Positions 1-7,022 of a stretch of DNA of 24,000 bases are shown in pieces. The position numbers and the translations under genes were made by a program. The notes under the pieces are model-generated. The model was given only the letters and a program-made list of their open reading frames with translations, did not search any database and was not told where the DNA came from. Source of the stretch: Mucinivorans hirudinis (GTDB lineage: Bacteria; Bacteroidota; Bacteroidia; Bacteroidales; Rikenellaceae); contig HG934468.1 in NCBI GenBank assembly GCA_000723505.1, positions 504,798 to 528,797 on the forward strand, written 5' to 3'. Position 1 is the stretch's first letter, and each line of letters starts with the position of its first letter.

Positions 1-151
1 CTATGGTTAATGGTAGTATGTAAAATTTTATATTGACTTTATTTTTAATCTCATTAAGTAGACTTAATAAATATGAAGTAGCCTCATTAGATGGATTGTC
101 GTGAAGATCTAATAAAGTTAATAGAAAATTAGTATCAACAAATACTCTAAG
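1..151 (-). pseudogene. 3' part (runs off the window) of an IS-interrupted AT-rich gene, with a PIN-like motif
   Basis: The minus-strand frame is open from 151 to 1: LRVFVDTNFLLTLLDLHDNPSNEATSYLLSLLNEIKNKVNIKFYILPLTI... Deleting 152..1495 (IS plus one AAG copy, 1344 nt = 448 codons) joins it in frame to codon 235 of ORF 1472..2197. VFVDTNFLL resembles the first acidic motif of PIN-domain nucleases (from memory, not searched). Confidence 0.6.
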
Positions 152-244
152 TATAATACTTCCCTCTCTTCGGACAGTTTTTGTATCTGCTTAAGATAGT
201 ATTTGTTTCTTTGCTCTCGGGTTATTGTTAGTTGTTGTTTTAGT

Positions 245-290
245 GTTTGTTTCATTTCGTTGCCCTTAAGGGCAACGAAATGAAACAAAC
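245..290. repeat. Perfect 21-bp-stem palindrome inside the IS3 element, between the orfB stop and the IR
   Basis: GTTTGTTTCATTTCGTTGCCC TTAA GGGCAACGAAATGAAACAAAC (arms 245..265 and 270..290), followed on the plus strand by TTTTT (291..295). Confidence 0.9.
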
Positions 291-295
291 TTTTT

Positions 296-1150
296 CTATG
301 CCGCCGTCATATAGACCTCACTCGGAGTCTTGTATTCAAGCGATTGATGTAGCCTTTCGGTGTTGTAAAGACGAAAATAGTCAGTCAAGCCATCATATAA
401 CTCTTTGCCGCTGCCGGGGTTCGACAGGTAAATATACTCATATTTTACGCTGCGCCACAACCTTTCGACAAAAATATTATCCAAAGCCCTACCTTTACCG
501 TCCATACTTATCTGTATCTCATTTTCTTCAAGTATCTTAACGAACTCCTTGGCCGTTAACTCACTCCCTTGGTCGGTGTTGAATATCTCCGGCTTGCCGT
601 ATCTGGCAATAGCCTCTTTGAGCAACTCTTGGCAGAACTCGCTATCGTGAGTATTGCTTATCCCCCAAGCCAACACAAAGCGCGAATGCCAATCAATGAT
701 GGCGCACAGGTACATATAACCTCCATTCATTGGGATATAGGTGATGTCGGTACTCCAAACCTGATTTACCCTGTCAATAGTTAATCCTCGCAATAGATAG
801 GGGTATATCTTATGCTCCTTATTATGCCACGTGGTGTTAGGCTTGGGGTAGATAGCACTGATGCACATATCCCGAAAGTAACGACGCACTCGCTTAGGGC
901 TTATCGTAAAACCCTTCTTTCGCAAGTGTTCAGTCATCCGCTCGACACCATAGAAAGGCATTTTGGTATAGGTGCGGTCTATCTCTGCTTTAACAGCAAG
1001 CTCATCTGCACTTGCTCTTCCTTTGCTCGCATAGTATATGCCACTGCGGCAAATGTTTAGCAATATGCACTGCTGAACTAAACTCAGCCGAGGATGATTC
1101 TTTTCTACCATCTCTCTACGCTCGGCTAACGAGATTTGAGTAGCTCCCAC
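296..1150 (-). CDS. IS3-family transposase OrfB (DDE/rve integrase core), expressed as an OrfAB fusion by -1 frameshift
   Basis: It carries WSTDITYI, FNTDQGSE and ERLWRSVKYE motifs, which form the DDE triad context of the rve domain. The frame is -1 relative to orfA and overlaps it at the A-run. Confidence 0.85.
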   Translation of the reverse strand: MGATQISLAERREMVEKNHPRLSLVQQCILLNICRSGIYYASKGRASADELAVKAEIDRTYTKMPFYGVERMTEHLRKKGFTISPKRVRRYFRDMCISAIYPKPNTTWHNKEHKIYPYLLRGLTIDRVNQVWSTDITYIPMNGGYMYLCAIIDWHSRFVLAWGISNTHDSEFCQELLKEAIARYGKPEIFNTDQGSELTAKEFVKILEENEIQISMDGKGRALDNIFVERLWRSVKYEYIYLSNPGSGKELYDGLTDYFRLYNTERLHQSLEYKTPSEVYMTAA

Positions 1151-1425
1151 TTTTTTTTTAAGAACTCGTTCTCTATCTCAAGCTGACCAATCTTGCGATA
1201 AAGATTGTTCTCTACCTGCTCATCAGACTTGACTTTACGCTCCTTGTCAGTCGAGAAAATGGCGGTCGCTCCCTCCTTGAACTGCTTCTTCCATACCCCA
1301 ACCTGCGTCGGATGAACTTCATAAATCGAAGCAATCTCATTGACTGTCTTCAAGCCCTTGATAGCTTCCAAGGCTACTGCCGCTTTGGTCTCTGCCGAAA
1401 TCTTTTTCCTCATAGTTTGTCTCAT
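1126..1425 (-). CDS. IS3-family transposase OrfA (HTH DNA-binding part)
   Basis: A 99-aa ORF ending in the leucine-zipper-like LEIENEFLKKKWELL. It is typical of IS3 orfA and lies immediately upstream of, and overlapping, orfB. M5 (1413) is a possible alternative start. Confidence 0.85.
   Translation of the reverse strand: MRQTMRKKISAETKAAVALEAIKGLKTVNEIASIYEVHPTQVGVWKKQFKEGATAIFSTDKERKVKSDEQVENNLYRKIGQLEIENEFLKKKWELLKSR
1151..1159 (-). promoter_or_regulatory. Programmed -1 frameshift (slippery) site of the IS3 transposase
   Basis: The minus strand reads TTA AAA AAA AAG TGG, a run of nine A before G in the orfA/orfB overlap. This matches the classic A AAA AAG motif of IS3 elements. Confidence 0.7.
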
Positions 1426-1492
1426 TTTTTATGAGACCAAAGATAACCAAATTATAGCTTAAACTGCTGTCCTATTTTGGGGGAGTATTATA

Positions 1493-2197
1493 AAGATTTG
1501 CTTGAGTTTTTGAACTTTTATATATTTCATCAACTTCCTTTGGTTCCAAACTGCTTGCTTGAATAAAGAAGTAGGCATCTCTGAGAGATAGAATGTATTT
1601 CTTTACATATTCGTTTTTGAAATCTAAGAAGTCAATAATTACTCTTCTTATTCCATCTTGATCTGATTGATAGTTACATATGAAATGTTGAAAAACTGAA
1701 TTTTCTTCAATTTTTATTTCCTCTTTTCCACTTATCCAGCTTGTTGTTTTTGCTCCGATTGATTTTATTATTGGTATCAACAAACGGCTTTTAAAATCGT
1801 CCCAAATTGATTTTCCAATCAAATGAGGAAGATGTGTAGTACATAGAGTAAGAAAGAAATTATATGTTTTTTCTTCAATATCAATTTGCTCTGATAACTG
1901 TTGTTTAAAATCTTGATATATACTTTCAGCTAATATATATCCAGTTGGTGTTAATTCTATTTTTGCTGTATTTTTAAGTTTATCTATCTCATTATCGAAT
2001 GTTTGCCTGTTCAAGTTGCTATTTACTTCTTCTGTTAATATCTTAAAGATTTGTTCAGCCGAAATAGGCATATTATCATTATGATGATTGCCAATTGTAG
2101 AAATAATCAAACTTTGGATTGACTTTTCTTGCCATCCAGCTTCATTTAATTTAATGTGATGTATTAAAGAAATAACACCTGAAGACAGTTCTTGCAT
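1493..2197 (-). pseudogene. 5' part of the IS-interrupted AT-rich cargo gene (hypothetical protein)
   Basis: In ORF 1472..2197, only the first 235 codons are native. The last 6 codons (YNTPPK) and the stop are read from the IS3 terminal repeat. Composition is visibly more AT-rich than the tra genes. I recognise no family for the N-terminal 235 aa. Confidence 0.65.
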
Positions 2198-2240
2198 AGT
2201 TATCTTAGATTAAAAAATAAATTATATGCAAAGTTAATCA

Positions 2241-2277
2241 CAAAAAAGCACCCAACAAAATAATATTGGGTGCTTTT
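2241..2277 (-). terminator. Rho-independent terminator ending the tra operon
   Basis: The minus strand reads AAGCACCCAA-tattattttg-TTGGGTGCTT followed by TTTTTG. This is a 10-bp GC-containing stem (2246..2255 / 2266..2275) about 25 nt after the traQ stop. Confidence 0.8.
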
Positions 2278-2298
2278 AATCAGTTTATTGCAAAATTT

Positions 2299-2730
2299 TT
2301 ACTCCTCTTTGTCAGAATCATCCTGAAACGAAATAGAGAGGTCATATCGCTGCCCGAAGTTGTCCCAAATGTAGATGTCTATCTGTTGTTGGTCGGTGCA
2401 GTGGGAAGTGTAGTAGAGCCGAAAGGTATCTTTGTTCAACTTGTAGATGTCGTTGGGAGAGAAGACCAAGCCTTCATCGTTGCGGAGTTCGCCTTTACCG
2501 TCAGGTTGGAAGTAGCCGATGTAGAATTGTGCATCGGCATAGTTGCCCGACTTGTGGAGTTGGCAGCGGATTTCGGCTGTTTCGCCTTTGACGATACGTT
2601 TCTGTACGGGCATTGTTGAGAGCGAGAAGTCGTACATCTGCTGAATGTCGAGTTTGTCGCTACACGAGGTGAGCGAGAAGATAGTGCCACAAACACAGGT
2701 GGCAATCAGTATAATAAATGCAATTTTCAT
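2299..2730 (-). CDS. traQ: Conjugative transposon lipoprotein TraQ (DUF3872-like)
   Basis: Start taken at MKIAFIILIATCVCGTIFSLTSC (lipobox), codon 26 of ORF 2299..2805. It resembles remembered TraQ sequences (...ETAEIRCQL..., ...FRLYYTS...). It is the last gene of the operon. Confidence 0.75.
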   Translation of the reverse strand: MKIAFIILIATCVCGTIFSLTSCSDKLDIQQMYDFSLSTMPVQKRIVKGETAEIRCQLHKSGNYADAQFYIGYFQPDGKGELRNDEGLVFSPNDIYKLNKDTFRLYYTSHCTDQQQIDIYIWDNFGQRYDLSISFQDDSDKEE

Positions 2731-2738
2731 AGTTCCTA

Positions 2739-3305
2739 TTAGTTTATGATGAATTTCAGCCCTACGCCAAATTGCGTATGGAAATGCCCGATGGAGCTGC
2801 CCCACATTATCCGCTCTCGTGCGTTTACAAGTAGCACCAAACGGTCGGTCAGATAGGTTTCGAGTTCCAGCGTGATAGCTCCGCCATAGATAAAAGCATC
2901 TTTATTGCGGAGTGTTGCCCCGTCAAAGAGCATTTTTTCGCCCCAATTACTCGTTTCGTAACCTGTCAATGCTGAACCCCCGATACTCAAGAAGAAAGTT
3001 TTCGAGGGGTCAGATAGGAATTTGACATAGTAGCCTGCTTCGCCTGTAAACTGAGATTTAGGGATATAAATATCCTTGTAGGCATACTCCTTTGAGAGAT
3101 ACTCCGCACCCAATACCCAGCGATTGCCGTTTTTGGTGTAGGTCGAAAGTCCTGCTCCGAAGTAGTAATTGGTAGGTTTTTGAACTCCGTCCACAAAACC
3201 GCCTTTGAGTTCTATCCCCCGCATTTTCGGGAGATAGCGTTGGGCGTGTGCCTGCCCTGCGGTCAGGGCAAGCAATGCAACCAAAATCATTAGATAACGC
3301 TTCAT
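2739..3305 (-). CDS. traO: Conjugal transfer protein TraO (outer-membrane beta-barrel-like)
   Basis: 188 aa with a signal peptide (...AGQAHAQ) and alternating beta-strand pattern ending in GLKFIIN. It occupies the expected position after traN. Confidence 0.8.
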   Translation of the reverse strand: MKRYLMILVALLALTAGQAHAQRYLPKMRGIELKGGFVDGVQKPTNYYFGAGLSTYTKNGNRWVLGAEYLSKEYAYKDIYIPKSQFTGEAGYYVKFLSDPSKTFFLSIGGSALTGYETSNWGEKMLFDGATLRNKDAFIYGGAITLELETYLTDRLVLLVNARERIMWGSSIGHFHTQFGVGLKFIIN

Positions 3306-3306
3306 A

Positions 3307-4224
3307 CTATTTCACTTTGAGTTCGTTAATAACTCGTGCACGCACGATGTCGTCGTTCTCGATGATGAACGATTGATGACGACCGCCTGACTTTTCGTGA
3401 AGCTCCACGACCAACTGTTTGTCGTCCGGAATGGTGAATTTCTCCATTGTGAATACGGTTCGCTCATCTTTGTTGCCTGCAATGCGTGTGGCATAGTTGT
3501 AGGCACGGAGAGGGAAAATCACTTGTTCTTGAATGGCAGTGCGTTTCGCCACTTTCTTGTCAACAATCTTAAAGACAATGAAATCTACATCGAAAGGTAC
3601 GTTGGAGGTGTTGCGGATTTGTGTATGAAAATACAACAGCCCGTTGTGGGTGTATAGCCCTTTCAGCAGATACTGAATGCCAAAAGACTTTGAGCCGATA
3701 TGCTTTACCTCTCGGTTGTCGTTCTTGTGGATTGACTTCATAATCAGGTGCACGAGTTTCGGCGATTCGCTGCCAAGCTCCTCCAGATAGATATCGAGAG
3801 CATTATTCGGGCGATTGACCGCACTGCCATCGTGGATAAAGTCTTTCATCTCAATGTTTAGCAGCAGCGGTTCATCGGCATATTTTACATTGAATGTGTA
3901 AAAACTGCCGCTCTCGGTAATCACCGAAAAGTTGGTTTCGGTGCGGAAATTCTTAACCGTTGCCTTGACACGGATAACATTCTCCGCTCCGTCCGCCTTA
4001 CCTGCAATAAGGTTAGGCGAACCCAAATCGACGTAGCGAACTGCCGAGGGGAAGATGATGTGCACCGTCTTATCATACGTTACCTCGATACCGTGAGGCG
4101 GTATCATACGGTCAAACGTTACCTTTTTGGTCAGACCGTGATAGAGGTCGCCTGTTGTCTCCTGTGCATTGGCTGCACCGATTACGCCCAGCATCAGGGC
4201 AATAGCTAACATTACTTTTTTCAT
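3307..4224 (-). CDS. traN: Conjugative transposon protein TraN
   Basis: Start taken at MKKVMLAIALMLGVIGAANAQ (codon 13 of ORF 3307..4260). The motif VTYDKTVHIIFPSAVRYVDLGSPNLIAGKADGAENVIRVKA is characteristic of Bacteroidales TraN. Confidence 0.85.
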   Translation of the reverse strand: MKKVMLAIALMLGVIGAANAQETTGDLYHGLTKKVTFDRMIPPHGIEVTYDKTVHIIFPSAVRYVDLGSPNLIAGKADGAENVIRVKATVKNFRTETNFSVITESGSFYTFNVKYADEPLLLNIEMKDFIHDGSAVNRPNNALDIYLEELGSESPKLVHLIMKSIHKNDNREVKHIGSKSFGIQYLLKGLYTHNGLLYFHTQIRNTSNVPFDVDFIVFKIVDKKVAKRTAIQEQVIFPLRAYNYATRIAGNKDERTVFTMEKFTIPDDKQLVVELHEKSGGRHQSFIIENDDIVRARVINELKVK

Positions 4225-4279
4225 TTTTACTATGGATTTTAGTGGGAGGCATAGCCTCATTTGTTTGTAATAAATGTTC

Positions 4280-4519
4280 TTAATTTTTCTGTTGATAAAG
4301 CATCAGGTTATACCCTGCTTTGAGGTGGACTTTGATAATCCGCATCTTCTTGGCAATGTACTGCGAAGTGCCTTGTATCGCCCCTTTGCCGAGGTCGGTC
4401 AGCAGTTGGTCGTCTGCACTCTGTTGCGAGATGTTGATGGAGCTGCCGAGACCTGCACCCATATTGGCGGCAACCTCTTTAATGGCACTCATCTCCATCG
4501 AGCCGGGGATAAAAATGCC
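4280..4519 (-). CDS. traM: traM exon 2 (C-terminal 79 aa of TraM)
   Basis: GIFIPGSMEMSAIKEVAANMGAGLGSSINIS...KVHLKAGYNLMLYQQKN is the conserved TraM C-terminus. The 42 codons upstream in ORF 4280..4645 are read-through of intron domains V and VI. Confidence 0.85.
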   Translation of the reverse strand, partial: GIFIPGSMEMSAIKEVAANMGAGLGSSINISQQSADDQLLTDLGKGAIQGTSQYIAKKMRIIKVHLKAGYNLMLYQQKN

Positions 4520-4582
4520 GTAGGCTAAGCATCCGCTGCCAGTCACCACATTTCTGTGGTAGGATTGCGGATACTCGCCCCC

Positions 4583-4616
4583 GAACCGTACGTACATGTC
4601 TCCACGTATACGGCTC
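4583..4616 (-). ncRNA. Group II intron domain V (intron 1)
   Basis: GAGCCGUAUACGUGGAGACAUGUACGUACGGUUC. This is the canonical 34-nt domain V with the AGC triad and the GUAC...GUAC helix, 19 nt downstream of the IEP stop. Confidence 0.9.
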
Positions 4617-4634
4617 TCCATTAATATCATCAGC

Positions 4635-6458
4635 CTAATTGTCATGTACCCTCTTGTTACAGTGCTCGCATACTACCAGAGTTTTACGGTTCTTTTTCAT
4701 CATTAAACGTTCCCAGTCTTTTTCACCTTTCAATTTCTTGATGTTTTTGACTTGGAACATAACGACTTCACCATTTGCTCCGCAGAGTTCACATTTGCGG
4801 GTTTGCAGTCTTTTTATTAGACTGGGCTCCTTTTGAATGTATCTGCTTGGCAGTAAATCACTGTAAAGGATTTTTGGACACTTTTTCTTGCGTTTGAATC
4901 CTTCATTATAGAATTTCCGATATTTAGTTACTCCTTTTTCATCATTATATGGTATTGCAAACTCTTTATTTATTTTGAACTTGTTTATTACCTTACTGAC
5001 AGAGCTTTCAAGTTTACCGGAGAAAGTTTTATACATACTGTACTCCATAATGTGGTAGAAAGAATTTATGTATCCACTATTGTTTGCTAAAGAGTAGTAA
5101 TTGTAGAACCCTCTGATTTCTGCGTTGTATTTGTCCAGTATATCCAGTAGACTATAGTTTATGAGAAATTTTCTTGCTTTTGACTCCCATGCTTCCTTCC
5201 CTTTCGGGTAGGTGTATTGTATCGCATCATAGCTTTCTAATTTCTGCCTAATAGTATCTGTAGTGATATACAGTACGACTTTACCATTGAACGCACGCTT
5301 TAGTATTCCATTCTTATCTCTTTTGGTATCGTATGATTTACGCACAAAGATGTCGTATCCCAGAAATTTTGCCGGTTCTTTCGCATTGGTTATCAGAGTT
5401 TTTTCTGCGGACAATTCCAATTTCAGACAATTCTCCATATATTGAGAAATATCCTTTTTGAGTTGGATACAATCTGCTTTACTACCCGTAATTCCAATTA
5501 GAAAGTCATCAGCATATCTGACGTATTTTAATCGTCTGTACCTATCATCCATTTCGTTACCATGTGGAATTTTTGTTCTTTCTTTCTCAATTTCTCGAAT
5601 GGAAGAGGCTAATTGCTTTCTTACATTCGGATCTTTTTCGATTTTAAGCTTTGTAGACAGCCGACCTTTTCGCACTGTTAATGTGCCGCTTCTCGTATCT
5701 AATCTCCTTTTCTTTCCACAATCGAAGTTTTGGATATACTCTTTCATGTATTTGTCGAACTTGTCAAGGTAGATATTAGCCAATATTGGGCTAATGATAC
5801 CTCCTTGAGGTGTTCCACTATACGTTCTATGAAATGTCCAGTCTTCGACGTACCCCGCATTCAAGAACTTTCTGATGAGATTTATAAACCGTTCATCATC
5901 AACCCTTTCTTTCAGTATATTTATCAATATTTGATGATTTATATTGTCGAAGAAGCCTTTTATATCTCCTTCGATAAACCATTTTACACCACTGAATGTG
6001 TTTTGAATGTTTGACAATGCAGTATGACAACTTCTTTTTGGTCTAAACCCATGAGAAGAATATTCAAAGTATCCTTCATATATGGCTTCCAATACCATTC
6101 TTATGACTTCCTGCACTAATTTGTCTTCAAAAGAGGGTATTCCAAGTGGGCGTTTTTTGCCGTTTTTCTTTGGAATATAAACCCTCTTTGAAGGGTGTGG
6201 TTGGTACGTCTCATTTTTGAGCGTATCAATTAGATTTTCGATTCGAGACAAACTCATTTGGTCAGCAGTCCTTCCATCTAACCCTTTAGTCATATTCCCT
6301 TGATTTGCATATATGTTCTGATAAGCAACATAATACATCTCTTCGTTGAACATGATACGGTAAAGACGGTTGTACTTATAAGCCGAATTATCGCTATGTC
6401 CCATTAGACTGTTTAATACTTTCTCCGAATTTCTCATAATGTCTCTCACATTTTTCAT
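4635..6458 (-). CDS. Group II intron-encoded reverse transcriptase/maturase (LtrA-like)
   Basis: 607 aa. RT motifs include RPLGIPSFEDKLVQE, GFRPKRSCHTAL, TPQGGIISPILANIYL and YVRYADDFLIG. A maturase (X) region and a Cys-rich C-terminus (CELCG...CEHCNKRVH) follow. Confidence 0.92.
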   Translation of the reverse strand: MKNVRDIMRNSEKVLNSLMGHSDNSAYKYNRLYRIMFNEEMYYVAYQNIYANQGNMTKGLDGRTADQMSLSRIENLIDTLKNETYQPHPSKRVYIPKKNGKKRPLGIPSFEDKLVQEVIRMVLEAIYEGYFEYSSHGFRPKRSCHTALSNIQNTFSGVKWFIEGDIKGFFDNINHQILINILKERVDDERFINLIRKFLNAGYVEDWTFHRTYSGTPQGGIISPILANIYLDKFDKYMKEYIQNFDCGKKRRLDTRSGTLTVRKGRLSTKLKIEKDPNVRKQLASSIREIEKERTKIPHGNEMDDRYRRLKYVRYADDFLIGITGSKADCIQLKKDISQYMENCLKLELSAEKTLITNAKEPAKFLGYDIFVRKSYDTKRDKNGILKRAFNGKVVLYITTDTIRQKLESYDAIQYTYPKGKEAWESKARKFLINYSLLDILDKYNAEIRGFYNYYSLANNSGYINSFYHIMEYSMYKTFSGKLESSVSKVINKFKINKEFAIPYNDEKGVTKYRKFYNEGFKRKKKCPKILYSDLLPSRYIQKEPSLIKRLQTRKCELCGANGEVVMFQVKNIKKLKGEKDWERLMMKKNRKTLVVCEHCNKRVHDN

Positions 6459-7022
6459 TAATTGTATTAAAGATATTAACTGCTCCCCTTCGCCATGTAC
6501 GAGGCTTTCCCTCGCTCAGACTACTACGAGAGCTCCGTTACCATGCTGGATATTCAGAGGCTTCACCTCATAGCCCTTAGGCATTCCAGTTTAGGTAATC
6601 CTCGTTTAGTTGTGTAATAACTTAGCTTGATGAATTGTCGGATACGACTTTCGTCCTTTTATGCTTATTGCAATTGCGTCGTGATAAGTTCCATTGCTCT
6701 AACCTCCAAGAGGGTAAGGTAGAGTATCACGATTAAACGTTATTGTCTAAATTCTTTCAGTCAATATTAACTGCCTTACGTTTTAGCTTACGGTCTAACC
6801 GCTCAGACTATCGTTCAATCAATCCAGATTTTATCCTCATATTCATCGTTTCATCTTGCCATTCAGTCGCAACTTGGCAATTAGTTGACTTATGGCTTTC
6901 CTGACATGCTACACTCCCTGTCGCGTTTCCTTGAACAGATAAGTCAGTTGATGATAGGTTTTTCGAACACTAACCTAATCTCTTGCCAAAGAGATATTTA
7001 TTACACACCCTTACGAGCGCAG

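Larger units (their letters stand above)
152..1492 (-). mobile_element. IS3-family insertion sequence (1341 bp)
   Basis: It has orfA and orfB with an A-run frameshift site. Terminal inverted repeats are TATAATACTTCCCTCTCTTCGGACAG (152..177) and TATAATACTCCCCCAAAATAGGACAG (revcomp of 1467..1492), 19/26 identical with no gap. A 3-bp direct repeat AAG flanks it at 149..151 and 1493..1495, as expected for an IS3-family target duplication. Confidence 0.85.
4520..7022 (-). mobile_element. Group II intron, Ll.LtrB-like (IIA / mitochondrial-like class), 2503 nt, inserted in traM
   Basis: The 5' end CUGCGCUCGUAAGGGUGUGUAAU aligns with the Ll.LtrB 5' end GUGCGCCCAGAUAGGGUGUUAAGU. It has an LtrA-like RT/maturase ORF in domain IV and a 34-nt domain V at 4583..4616. 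Domain VI has a bulged A (4526) 7 nt from the 3' end ...GCCUAC. A candidate EBS1 CUCUUG (6707..6712) is complementary to the last 6 exon nt, CAAGAG. Confidence 0.85.

Noticed and set aside
247-1060. Plus-strand ORFs 247..540, 569..784 and 812..1060
   Set aside because: They are antisense shadows inside the IS3 orfB. The first starts inside the 21-bp palindrome.
149-1495. IS3 inserted into the loop of a host palindrome (REP-like targeting)
   Set aside because: The outer repeat TATAATACT.CCC keeps exactly the same 7-nt spacing to the inner GGACAG on both sides, and an AAG/AAG duplication lies just outside it. The repeat is therefore better explained as the IS terminal inverted repeat.
2266-2705. 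ORFs 2266..2619 (+) and 2436..2705 (-) overlapping traQ, with similar shadow ORFs in traN, traG, traK, traJ and mobB
   Set aside because: These are alternative-frame or antisense ORFs within genes that have clear family signatures, and nothing independently supports them.
4520-4645. N-terminal 42 aa of ORF 4280..4645 (and the 41 aa at 12170..12292 of ORF 11738..12292) as real coding sequence
   Set aside because: These codons are accidental read-through of intron domains V and VI. Only the sequence after the 3' splice site matches TraM or TraI.
4635-6458. Reverse transcriptase ORF as a retron, DGR or defence-associated RT (also 12282..13949)
   Set aside because: Both RTs are followed within 20-40 nt by a canonical 34-nt group II domain V and a domain VI with a bulged A. 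Both are preceded by about 560-610 nt of structured RNA that starts at a (G/C)UGCG. Both sit exactly between two halves of a known tra gene that rejoin in frame. They are intron-encoded proteins, not stand-alone defence RTs.
7004-7008. The canonical-looking GUGUG as the 5' end of intron 1
   Set aside because: It lies downstream of the in-frame stop (7011..7013), so using it would not restore TraM. In the alignment to Ll.LtrB it corresponds to the internal GGGUGU, not to position 1. The EBS1/IBS1 pairing supports the site at 7023/7022.
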